Assembly: GCA_039589315.1 (NCBI GenBank)
Contig: JBDHHQ010000008.1
Span: forward strand, 15,109 to 79,108
Direction of reading: 5' to 3'
Source: Gemmatimonadota bacterium
Lineage (GTDB): Bacteria > Gemmatimonadota > Gemmatimonadetes > Longimicrobiales > Gaopeijiaceae
Length of the DNA stretch: 64,000 nucleotides
Shown here: positions 38,867-50,112 of the stretch, one piece after another
How the letters are laid out: the number at the start of each line of letters is the position of its first letter
Numbering within the stretch: the stretch's first letter is position 1
The notes under the pieces: model-generated
The model's input: only the letters and a program-made list of their open reading frames with translations
What the model was told of the DNA's origin: nothing
Databases searched by the model: none
Made by a program: the position numbers and the translations under genes

Positions 38867-40447
38867 GTGCGGACGCCAGCCCGCGCCGCTCTGCTACTCC
38901 TACCCTTCATGGCCGGACCGCTGACGGCCCAGGAGGGCCGAGCCTGGCGACCGGAGGACCGGACGGTGCTGACGTCGTTCCACCTGGTCAGCGGAATGGC
39001 CCGGGACGACCGCCAGCTCTACGCCGCTTCCGAGGGCGGACTACAGATCCTCGACCTTCTGTCGGGGCGATGGGAGCAGCCGTCCACGATGGAGGACGGG
39101 TATCCCGTGGAGGAGGGCCCCGCGGCGTTGGCGTACGATCCCTTCGAACGCGTCGTGTGGCTCGGCACCGCCGCCGGAGGCCTCCACACCTACCAGGTCG
39201 ATTTCGGCCGATGGCGGCTGGAGGCGTCGCCCGGCCTGGGCCCCATCGTGGCCATCTTCCCCCTCGCGGGGGAGCGTGGCGACGGGGTATTGGCTCGCAC
39301 GCCGACCGGCTGGTATGTCGTGGAGCGCTTCTCGGGCGCGGTGCAACCCCTGCCCCCTGGCCAGCTACCCGCCCAGGCCGCCGCCCTGGAGGTGCCGGCA
39401 CACGAGCGTCTCCGCCGCCTGGAACCGGCTTACGCCGCCAGCGGGGCGACCCTGACGGCGGACCGGGGCGGCCGCACGTGGCCGGTCACCTCGTTCGTCG
39501 CCGCGGACCGCCCGGGCGTCTACTGGTTGGGTACGGCCGGGAATAACCTCTACCGATTCGATGTGCGTTTCCTCGAGGCCGAACCCCGTCCGTTCGGGCT
39601 GCTGACCCCGGGATCGGGAGCGTTGGCCCTCGGCGGCGGGTGGCTCTGGATGGGGGGCGACGGCAGAGGTCCCCGTCGGGGGCCCGTGCGGGCCAGCCAG
39701 GATCTCCAGCAGTGGCACCAGTACGAGGCCGGCATTGTCGCCGCCCCCTCGGAGCTGGTCGAGGACATCGCCGTAACGGAGGATGCCGTGTGGTTTGGCG
39801 GTCGGGGTGGGCTGTATCGCCTGGACCGGCCCTCGGACCGGTGGTCGCAGGTGGGCGGCATCGGCGGGCGCCTGCCCGTGCGGCGGCTGGCCCTCGCCGA
39901 CGGCGGACTCTGGGTGGCCACGGACCGCGGCCTCACGCGGGTCTCGGCCGACGGCACCGTGGGAGACACCTTCTTCGAAGGGCGGGCGGTGCACGCGGCA
40001 GTCGCGGCCAACGGTGGGATCTGGGTCGGCGGCGCCGGTAGCCTGGTCCACATGCTGGAGGATGGCCGGGTCGCGGCACCGGTGCCCGGCGCGCCACCCG
40101 CTCCACCCGGTCCCGTCGTGGATCTGGTCTCGGACCGAGGGGACACCTGGGCGGCAACGCCGGATGCGCTATGGCGCTTCGACGGGCGGGGTTGGGAGGG
40201 CCCCCTGCGGGAGGTGCCCACAAACGTGGGTCGACTCCGCCGGCTGAGGCTCACGGGAGATGCCCTCTGGGTGACCGGGGACGCCGGGGCCGCTCGGCGG
40301 GTGCGTGACGAGAGCGGTTGGCGCTACCTGCTGGTCGGCCGAGACCTGCCGGCCGGTCCGGCGCTGGACGTGCTGGTGACCGAGGACCGCGTATACGTCT
40401 CGACACCTGCGGGGGTCGTGCGCCTTCAGCGGCGGCGGGGGTACTGA
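38867..40447 (+). CDS. Secreted beta-propeller repeat protein (two-component-regulator-propeller-like repeats)
   Basis: It has a signal-like N terminus (RTPARAALLLLPFMAGPLTAQE) and repeated G-G-L/I-W-V/F-G/A-T blocks (VWLGTAAGGL, YWLGTAGNNL, VWFGGRGGL, LWVATDRGL, IWVGGAGSL, LWVTGDAG). The start was chosen at GTG 38867 rather than 38786. Confidence 0.6.
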   Translation: MRTPARAALLLLPFMAGPLTAQEGRAWRPEDRTVLTSFHLVSGMARDDRQLYAASEGGLQILDLLSGRWEQPSTMEDGYPVEEGPAALAYDPFERVVWLGTAAGGLHTYQVDFGRWRLEASPGLGPIVAIFPLAGERGDGVLARTPTGWYVVERFSGAVQPLPPGQLPAQAAALEVPAHERLRRLEPAYAASGATLTADRGGRTWPVTSFVAADRPGVYWLGTAGNNLYRFDVRFLEAEPRPFGLLTPGSGALALGGGWLWMGGDGRGPRRGPVRASQDLQQWHQYEAGIVAAPSELVEDIAVTEDAVWFGGRGGLYRLDRPSDRWSQVGGIGGRLPVRRLALADGGLWVATDRGLTRVSADGTVGDTFFEGRAVHAAVAANGGIWVGGAGSLVHMLEDGRVAAPVPGAPPAPPGPVVDLVSDRGDTWAATPDALWRFDGRGWEGPLREVPTNVGRLRRLRLTGDALWVTGDAGAARRVRDESGWRYLLVGRDLPAGPALDVLVTEDRVYVSTPAGVVRLQRRRGY

Positions 40448-40449
40448 CC

Positions 40450-41459
40450 GTGCAGACCGGAGCCGCCGGTAGCGGTCTCGGGCCCGGGGTCGAATTCGAC
40501 CGGATTCGGTCGCTCCTGGAGCAGGCACGCGTGTCTCTGCCTTCCCATGTCCGGGTGGGACCCGGCGACGACGCCGCCGTGGTGGAGGGGACCTCTCTTG
40601 TCGTCAGCACCGACCTTTCCGTCGAGGACGTGCACTTTCGCCGGGACTGGGTCACGCCGGAAGAGATCGGCTTCCGGGCAGTCTCCGCCGCTCTCAGCGA
40701 CCTCGCCGCCATGGCGGCGTCCCCCCTGGGCGTGTTGGTTTCGGTAGCACTGCCGGCAAGCGAGGGGACCCGGACATGGGACGAGCTCGGGGCCGGCGTT
40801 GCGTCCGCGTGCGAGCGGGCCCACGCGCCACTTGTGGGCGGCGACCTGTCCGCCTCGCCGGGCCCGCTGGTGCTCGACGTCACCGTGTTGGGACAGGCCG
40901 CCTCGCCGGTGCTGCGGTCGGGCGCGGTACCCGGTGACGAGATCTGGGTCACCGGCGCGCTGGGCGGCTCCGGAGGAGCCGTGCGCCTCTGGGAGGAGGG
41001 GCTGCAGCCGCCCGAGGAGCTCCGGCAGTCGTATGCCCACCCGACGCCCCGGATCGCGGAAGCCAGGTGGTTGGCACGCCAGGGGGATCTTCACGCCCTC
41101 ATCGACCTGTCGGACGGACTCCAGGGCGACGCGGCCCACCTGGCGGCGGCGTCCGACGTAGAGGTCACGCTGGACCTCTTCCGACTGCCGGTCCACCCGC
41201 GCCTGCGGGGGCTCTTCGGCGAGCGCGTAGCGACCGAGTTGGCCCTCACCGGGGGCGAGGACTACGAGCTGTGCTTCGCGGCTCCTCCCGGGTCGGTCGA
41301 GGGACATGCCGCAGCCTTCCCGGGCGAGTTCGGCGTGGATCTGACCCGCGTGGGCACCGTTGGGGCGGGATCGGGGGTATACCTTCGCGCCCGTCCCGGT
41401 GAGGCGGGCCGGCGCACCGACACCGGTGCCTTCGATCATTTCGCGGGGGACGCGAGCGA

Positions 41460-41463
<4 letters not shown>
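40450..41463 (+). CDS. thiL: Thiamine-monophosphate kinase
   Basis: It has the AIR-synthase-like fold motifs GPGDDAAVV, STDLSVEDVHF and GGDLS. Confidence 0.85.
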
Positions 41464-43868
<2,405 letters not shown>

Positions 43869-43909
43869 GCGAGAGGGCCTCTGGCGCGCCCCAGGCGGGT
43901 CCAGCACAC

Positions 43910-43945
43910 GGGCCGCCTCCCTCGAGGGGAGGCGGCCCGTTCTTC
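43910..43945. terminator. Bidirectional intrinsic terminator between convergent ftsB and SPFH genes
   Basis: It has a perfect 12-bp stem (GGGCCGCCTCCC / GGGAGGCGGCCC) with a 5-nt loop, followed by GTTCTTC. Confidence 0.7.
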
Positions 43946-43992
43946 GGGGTGGCGTGGGCTGGTTGGCAGAGGGTGCGGCGTCGCCCTCCGGC

Positions 43993-44937
43993 TCAGCTGC
44001 CTTCCGCCGGCTCCGGATCTCCATCGGCCGCCGGAGTCTCAGCCGGGTCCCCGCTCTCGCCAACGCCGAGAAGCTGCCGGGCGGACTGGGCCAGGAGTTG
44101 CACCTCATCGTCGCTGAGCTGGGCCACCTCGTCCGGAGACGGCAGCGCGGCCGGGGTGTCGGGAATCCCTCCGCCCTGGACGCCCGTCGCCTTCTCGATG
44201 ATCGGCTTGAACAGATCGATCGGGATCGGGAACAGCGTGGTGGAGTTGTTCTCGGCCGCGATCTCCACCACAGTCTGAAGGTAGCGGAGCTGCAGGGCGA
44301 CGGGATGAGCCGAGATTACCTTGGCGGCCTCGGCGAGCTGTCGTGACGCCTGGAACTCGCCTTTGGCGGCAATGACCTTTCCCCGGCGCTCTCGCTCCGC
44401 CTCGGCCTGCTTGGCCATGGCCCGCTTCATTTCCTGAGGCAGGTCGATGTCCTTGATCTCCACCGCCGTCACTTCGATGCCCCAGGGATCCGTGCCCTGG
44501 TCGATGATCGTTCTCACGACCTCGTTGATCCGCTCCCGCTCAGCCAGGAGCTCGTCGAGCTCGGATTGGCCGATGACGCTGCGGAGCGTCGTCTGGGCCA
44601 ATTGGCTGGTGGCGAAGTAGTAGTCCTCCACTTCGACGACCGCCTTCGCGGGATCGGCGACGCGGAAGTACACCACGGCGTTGACCGTGACGCTCACGTT
44701 GTCCTTTGTGATCGTGTCCTGCGGGTGGATGTCCAGGGCCACGACCCTGAGGTCCATCTTCCGCATCCGTTCGACGCCGAAGGGCACCAGGAAGATCAGG
44801 CCGGGCCCCTTCGCCCGGGTAAGCTTGCCCAGCCGGAAGATGACGCCACGCTCGTATTCGAAGAGAATGCGCAGGCTGGTGAGGAGCGCCGCGCCTCCGA
44901 AGATGGCCGCGGGGATGAGAATCGTGCCCAGGTCCAT
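43993..44937 (-). CDS. SPFH/band-7 (stomatin-like) membrane protein
   Basis: It has an N-terminal TM segment, the block [13 protein letters not shown], an SPFH core and a coiled-coil [11 protein letters not shown] segment. The start was chosen at MDLGT (44937). Confidence 0.85.
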   Translation of the reverse strand: MDLGTILIPAAIFGGAALLTSLRILFEYERGVIFRLGKLTRAKGPGLIFLVPFGVERMRKMDLRVVALDIHPQDTITKDNVSVTVNAVVYFRVADPAKAVVEVEDYYFATSQLAQTTLRSVIGQSELDELLAERERINEVVRTIIDQGTDPWGIEVTAVEIKDIDLPQEMKRAMAKQAEAERERRGKVIAAKGEFQASRQLAEAAKVISAHPVALQLRYLQTVVEIAAENNSTTLFPIPIDLFKPIIEKATGVQGGGIPDTPAALPSPDEVAQLSDDEVQLLAQSARQLLGVGESGDPAETPAADGDPEPAEGS

Positions 44938-45070
44938 CGTGATCTCCCTGATTGGGGTGTCCGTCGGGTGTCTGATCCGCGAGGAGAGCATGACCCATAA
45001 CGAAAGCTCACACCCGCCCCATCGTCTTGACAACCCAACCTGCTAGAACGAGCTTTTTCCCCACTTCTTC

Positions 45071-45144
45071 GCCGGAGTAGCTCAGTCGGTTAGAGCAGCG
45101 GAATCATAATCCGCGTGTCGGGGGTTCGAGTCCCTCCTCCGGCA
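45071..45144 (+). tRNA. tRNA with CAT anticodon (elongator Met, or Ile2 if lysidine-modified)
   Basis: I folded the cloverleaf by hand. The acceptor stem is GCCGGAG/CTCCGGC, the D-arm is GCTC..GAGC, and the anticodon stem is GCGGA/TCCGC with loop ATCATAA. The T-arm is GGGGG-TTCGAGT-CCCTC. CCA is not encoded. Confidence 0.9.
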
Positions 45145-45479
45145 TCGGGGCCGACGCCAGGACCCTCAGGACCGGGACGGCAGCCCCATCCAGGCTGGAC
45201 CCTCGCGATCGGTCCCATCTCGACGCTCGTCTGGGGCCGTCCGCCGAGGTCGGGGCCTGGCACGAACCTTCCAACAACAGCGTTCGGCCTCCGCGACCGA
45301 GGCCGGAATCGCTGCGCGACGAAGGCAGGTCCCTCCCTTGGCACGACGCGGTGTCGCGGGGGAGCGACGTTCGTGCTGCGCTCACGCAACGTAGTCGAGG
45401 CGCTGTCGACACTCGAACGCTACGTCCTGGGTCGCGCCGGGGTCGTGCCCCCTGCGTTCGAAGTCAGCAAAAGGAGCTC

Positions 45480-48218
45480 ATGGCACATACCCCGAACCCT
45501 CCCAGGCCGGAGCTCCTGGAGGCGACTGTTCCCGGGGCTCCGGCGCCCCCCGCCGTACCCTCCGTCAGCACCTCCAGACCCTGGGTCCCCCCGTCCGCGG
45601 CCCTACCGCACGGCGGTGGGATCGGCGTCGAGGCCAGCCAGCAGCGAGACTACGTCCGGCTCACGGGAGCGCGGCCGGCAGTCACGGGCCGCTTCTTCCA
45701 CACGAATGGCAGGAAGACCTACCTGACCGGCGTGACCTATGGGACCTTCCGACCCCGAGGGGACGGAACGGACTATCCCGAGCCCGACGTCGTCGACCGG
45801 GACTTCCAGGTGATGCGGGCCGCCGGCTTGACCTCGGTCAGGACCTATACGCCGCCGCCGGGCTGGTTGCTGGACCTCGCCGCCGAGAACGGGCTCCTCG
45901 TCATGGTGGGGCTCCCGTGGACCCAGCACGTGACGTTCCTCGACGACCGCCGGGTGGTACGGCAGATCCGCAAGCAGGTGCGTGACGGAGCCCGACGCAT
46001 CGCCGGCCATCCGGCGCTGCTCGGGTTCGCGGTGGGGAACGAGATTCCGGCCCCGATCGTCCGCTGGCATGGGCGGGGGAAGGTGGAGCGGTTCATTTCC
46101 CACCTCCACGACATCGCCAAGTCCGAAGATCCCGACGCGCTGGTCACGTACGTCAACTATCCGACCACCGAGTACCTGGAGCTCCCGTTTCTCGACTTCG
46201 TCTCCTTCAACGTCTACCTCGAGACGCGCGGCCGCCTCGAGGCCTACCTGGCGCGCCTGCACAACCTCGCAGGCGAGCGCCCTTTGGTGATGGCTGAGAT
46301 CGGTCTGGACAGCCTGCGCAACGGTCGGGAGCGACAAGCGGAGGCCCTGCGCTGGCAGCTGGAAGCGGTGCTGGGGTCCGGATGCGCCGGCGCGTATGTC
46401 TTCGCCTGGACGGACGAATGGCATCGCGGCGGGCTCGACATTCACGACTGGGACTTCGGACTCACGGCTCGGGATCGCACGCCCAAGCCGGCCCTGACCG
46501 CCGTGGCGGAGGCCTTCGCCCGAGCGCCTATCGACACGCGGGAGCGCCTACCGCGGATCTCGGTCGTCGTCTGCACCCATAACGGGAGCCGGACGATCAG
46601 GCAGGCCCTACGGCACCTCGCCGCGCTGGACTACCCGGACTTCGAAGTGATCGTGGTGGACGACGGCTCGACGGACGGGACTCTCGAGATCGTCCGGGAG
46701 TTCGACGTACGGGTCGTGTCTACGGAGAATCGGGGGCTCAGCAGCGCCCGCAATACAGGGGCGGAGGTGGCCACGGGCGAGATCGTGGCCTACATCGACG
46801 ATGACGCCTATCCCGAGGCTCACTGGCTGCACTATCTGGGCAAGGCCTTTCGGGAATCGGACTACGCGGCAGTCGGAGGGCCCAACGTCCTGCCCCCGGG
46901 GTCTCCCATGGTGGCGGAGTGTGTGAAGCACGCTCCCGGGGGGCCCACGCACGTTCTGCTCACAGACCAGGTGGCGGAGCATCTGCCCGGCTGCAATCTG
47001 GCCGTGCGGCGGGACCGCTTGGCCGAGGTGGGTGGCTTCGACCCTCAGTTCCGGGCCGCCGGCGACGACGTGGACCTGTGCTGGCGTCTGCAGCAGAATG
47101 GGTGGGAGCTGGGCTTTCACGCTGGAGCCGTCGTGTATCACCACTCGCGGGCTTCGGTGCGGGACTACTGGCGGCAGCAGCGGGGCTACGGGAAGGCAGA
47201 GGCGCTCCTGGAGCGCAAGTGGCCCGAGAAGTACAACGCGGCCGGCCACCTGTCCTGGGGCGGGCGCCTCTATGGACCGGGGTTCTACCACCACCTGGGG
47301 TGGAGTCCACCCCGTGTCTACTACGGGACCTGGGGCAACGCACCCTTCCAGAGGCTCTACCATCCCAGCTCGAACTTCATGCTTTCGGTGGTGATGGTAC
47401 CGGAGTGGCATCTGGCCACGACCACCTTGGCGCTGCTCTCTCTGTTGGGCTTCCTCTGGGCGCCGCTTCTCTGGGCCATACCGGCTTTGCTGGTCGCCCT
47501 GCTGCTGCCCCTCGCGCAAGCCCTTCGCGCCACGGTCCGATCGGGCAGGGACCGCGCGCCCAACGGGGCGTGGAGTCAACTCCGCTTCTTCGGCACGACG
47601 GCGTTTCTCCATCTGACGCAGCCGTTCGTTCGGCTGTGGGGACGCTTCCATGAGGGGTTGACCCCATGGCGACGCCGAGGGCACGGCCGCGCCTCGTTCC
47701 CTCGACCACGGACCGTATCCCTCTGGAGCGAGGCGTGGCGGTCGCCGGAGGAGTGGCTGCGGCGGGCGGAGGCACGGCTGCGAGCCGTCGGGCTCGTGCC
47801 TCGGCGCGGGGACTGGCACGACCGCTGGGACCTCGAGGTCGGCGCGGGCCTGTGGGGCGGCGCCAGGACCGTCATGACCGTGGAGGAGCACGGTGCCGGG
47901 CGGCAGTTCGTGCGCTTCCGCCTCTGGCCAGTCGTCAGGTCCAGAGTGATCTGGGCGACTGCGCTCGGGTTGTTGGCGCTCGGCGTGCTAGCGTCGCTGG
48001 ACGCTGCGCTGGGGGCTTCCCTCGGACTGCTCGTGCTCGCCCTGACCGTCGCCTCCTGGATCCTCCGGAGCTGCGCGTCCGTGAGCGGTTCGATGCTCCA
48101 GGCCTTGCAGTCCCTGGCTCCTGATCTCGAGACCGAACCGCAGCAGGGGTCAGCGATGAGCGACTCCCTGTCCCCGGTCGGACGGGCCATGGGATCGTCG
48201 GAGGCCCAGGGGGTCTGA
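45480..48218 (+). CDS. Fusion protein: clan GH-A-like glycoside hydrolase domain + GT2 glycosyltransferase + C-terminal multi-TM region (candidate polysaccharide synthase)
   Basis: An AAGGAG RBS lies 4 nt before the ATG. The N-terminal domain is a TIM-barrel-like GH with an NE acid/base motif (FAVGNEIP) and a candidate nucleophile (VMAEIG). The GT2 domain has SVVVCTHNG, VVDDGSTDGT, the DxD motif YIDDDA and YWRQQRGYG. Hydrophobic helices follow from about aa 630. Confidence 0.75.
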   Translation: MAHTPNPPRPELLEATVPGAPAPPAVPSVSTSRPWVPPSAALPHGGGIGVEASQQRDYVRLTGARPAVTGRFFHTNGRKTYLTGVTYGTFRPRGDGTDYPEPDVVDRDFQVMRAAGLTSVRTYTPPPGWLLDLAAENGLLVMVGLPWTQHVTFLDDRRVVRQIRKQVRDGARRIAGHPALLGFAVGNEIPAPIVRWHGRGKVERFISHLHDIAKSEDPDALVTYVNYPTTEYLELPFLDFVSFNVYLETRGRLEAYLARLHNLAGERPLVMAEIGLDSLRNGRERQAEALRWQLEAVLGSGCAGAYVFAWTDEWHRGGLDIHDWDFGLTARDRTPKPALTAVAEAFARAPIDTRERLPRISVVVCTHNGSRTIRQALRHLAALDYPDFEVIVVDDGSTDGTLEIVREFDVRVVSTENRGLSSARNTGAEVATGEIVAYIDDDAYPEAHWLHYLGKAFRESDYAAVGGPNVLPPGSPMVAECVKHAPGGPTHVLLTDQVAEHLPGCNLAVRRDRLAEVGGFDPQFRAAGDDVDLCWRLQQNGWELGFHAGAVVYHHSRASVRDYWRQQRGYGKAEALLERKWPEKYNAAGHLSWGGRLYGPGFYHHLGWSPPRVYYGTWGNAPFQRLYHPSSNFMLSVVMVPEWHLATTTLALLSLLGFLWAPLLWAIPALLVALLLPLAQALRATVRSGRDRAPNGAWSQLRFFGTTAFLHLTQPFVRLWGRFHEGLTPWRRRGHGRASFPRPRTVSLWSEAWRSPEEWLRRAEARLRAVGLVPRRGDWHDRWDLEVGAGLWGGARTVMTVEEHGAGRQFVRFRLWPVVRSRVIWATALGLLALGVLASLDAALGASLGLLVLALTVASWILRSCASVSGSMLQALQSLAPDLETEPQQGSAMSDSLSPVGRAMGSSEAQGV

Positions 48219-48582
48219 GGCTCGTGGGCCACGGAGCCAACCGCCCGGCGGGGCGCCGGTCCAGGGGCTCCGTGGCGGCGCAGCGGGCGATGTCCCCGGT
48301 CTGGGGCCGGTTGCAGGTACACCCTCACGACGCGTTCCAACCGGACGGCCGACGGTCGGTGGAAGCGGCCCTGGAGGACGACTATGTTGGGGCGTTCTCC
48401 TCGGTCCCACACCGATTCGATTCTCCTGTGCCTGATGATATCGGGCGTACGGGGGCGCCGCACCGAATGCACAGTCCCTTCCGGGAGCGCCGTCCCGGCA
48501 CACTCCCGTATGGCTCGAAGCGGGCATGGACCGGGGGTAGGCGTCGCTTGGAGGACGTCGCGCGTGGGGAGGTGCCGGGCGA

Positions 48583-49887
48583 ATGAGCCTGGATCGGCTG
48601 ACCGCATGGCGAGTGGTGGCGCTCGGGGGGTCTCTCGTGGCCGCCCTGGCGGTCACCACGCGTCCAGCCCCGGCTCAGGAAGCGGCGGGGGCCGCCGCCG
48701 TCCGCGTCTTCCTGGACTGCCAGACCCGCGGCTGCGACTTCGACCACTTCCGCCGTGAGATCCGTTTCGTCAACTGGGTCATCGATCGCGCGGACGGTGA
48801 CGTTCACGTCCTGATCACCTCCCAGGCATCGGGGGCGGGGCGCGCTTTCACGTTGGCGTTCATCGGCCTTGGAAGGTTCGAGGGAGATGACGCCGAGCTC
48901 ATCTTCAACGCGTCCGACACGGACACGTCGGACGAGCAGCGGGGGGGGCTTACCCGGGCCATCGAGCTCGGACTGGTGCGTTACGCCAGTCAGACGCCAC
49001 TGGCCGACCGTCTTTCCGTCACGTTTCAGCCCGTCGACTCCGGCGCGGTGCGGCTCACCGCCGGCGAGACGCAGATCTACGACCCGTGGGACTACTGGGT
49101 CTTCCGCATCAGCGCCGGAGGTGAGTACAACGGCGAATCCCAGCAGCGCGGGACGAGCCTGTTCGGGTCTGTCTCGATAAACCGGACCACCGAGGCCCTC
49201 AAGATCCGTCTGAACGCTTCGATCTTCTACCGGGAGGACCAGTTCGATTTCGAGGACGAGACGTTCACCAGCATCGCCCGCTCCAACAGCGCCAGCGCGT
49301 ACGCCGCACACAGCATCGGGGCGCAGTTCGCCACCGGGTTGCGGTGGGATATCTGGTCGTCGACGTTCTCCAACATCGACGTGGCCAACCGCCTGGCCTG
49401 GGCGTTCGAGTACAACGTGTTCCCATACTCGGCGTCGACCCGTCGCGAGCTCACCTTCCTCTATACCGTCGGCGTAAACGACTTCGGGTACCTGGAGACC
49501 ACGATCTACGACAAGCTCGAAGAGCAGGTCGCAGATCACGCGCTGATCGTGTCGTTGGACCTGAAGCAGCCGTGGGGCGATGCGAGGTTCGAGCTCACGG
49601 GGCGACAGTACCTCCACGACGCGTCTCTCTACAGGATCTCGGGCGCCACCGGTGTGGAGGTGCGGCTCTTTCGTGGGCTCTCGTTGGACGTCTCGGGTTG
49701 GTACGCGGCCGTCAGGGACCAACTCTCGCTGCGGGCTGGGGACGCATCGCCCGAAGAGATCCTGCTCTTCAGGCGAGAGCTGGCCACCGACTTCCGCGTG
49801 GGCACGTCGCTCGGCCTGACGTATCGTTTCGGCTCCATCTTCAACAACGTCGTGAACCCCAGGCTGAACGAATTCCGGCGGCCCTGA
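48583..49887 (+). CDS. Signal-peptide protein, candidate outer-membrane beta-barrel (hypothetical)
   Basis: It has a signal-like N terminus (VVALGGSLVAALAVTTRPAPAQE). The C-terminal half has an alternating hydrophobic/polar pattern (FGSVSINR, LNASIFYR, GVEVRLFRGLSLDVSGWYAA, VGTSLGLTYRFG). I recognised no family. Confidence 0.55.
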   Translation: MSLDRLTAWRVVALGGSLVAALAVTTRPAPAQEAAGAAAVRVFLDCQTRGCDFDHFRREIRFVNWVIDRADGDVHVLITSQASGAGRAFTLAFIGLGRFEGDDAELIFNASDTDTSDEQRGGLTRAIELGLVRYASQTPLADRLSVTFQPVDSGAVRLTAGETQIYDPWDYWVFRISAGGEYNGESQQRGTSLFGSVSINRTTEALKIRLNASIFYREDQFDFEDETFTSIARSNSASAYAAHSIGAQFATGLRWDIWSSTFSNIDVANRLAWAFEYNVFPYSASTRRELTFLYTVGVNDFGYLETTIYDKLEEQVADHALIVSLDLKQPWGDARFELTGRQYLHDASLYRISGATGVEVRLFRGLSLDVSGWYAAVRDQLSLRAGDASPEEILLFRRELATDFRVGTSLGLTYRFGSIFNNVVNPRLNEFRRP

Positions 49888-50112
49888 CGGGACCTCCCGA
49901 TCATGGTCCGTCTCTTGCTTCGTTCGTGGGTCGGCCGGCGGTACGGGTCCCGGGGCGGGGGACGGGAATGTCTCCTCCCGGGCAGGAGGATCGCGAGACC
50001 GGCTCCACTGGAGTGTAGTCCGCTGCTCCCGGAGGCAACGCAGGAGAATGAAGGCTCCCGGATGGGGCCCGTTGGGCCGGGGCAGGGCCGGTCCCTAGTC
50101 GGAGGCGCAGCC

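Noticed and set aside
45258-45273. Sigma54-like promoter TGGCAC-N5-TTCC in the tRNA/synthase spacer.
   Set aside because: The -12 element is TTCC rather than TTGC. It is about 200 nt from the start codon, and TGGCAC occurs by chance in GC-rich DNA (a second copy lies at about 45340 without a -12 box). No enhancer-binding protein gene is nearby.
48224-48586. A 120-aa ORF filling the synthase/beta-barrel spacer.
   Set aside because: Its composition is low-complexity, it has no recognisable motif, and third-position GC falls in its middle. I treated it as non-coding and flagged the spacer itself at low interest.
49903-50112. A 70-codon N-terminal extension of kinase K1 from ATG 49903.
   Set aside because: The extension is Arg/Gly-rich (MVRLLLRSWVGRRYGSRGGGRE...), has mixed third-position GC and has no counterpart in K2-K5. 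ATG 50113 has a GGAGG RBS. A start at 49903 or 50059 is still possible.
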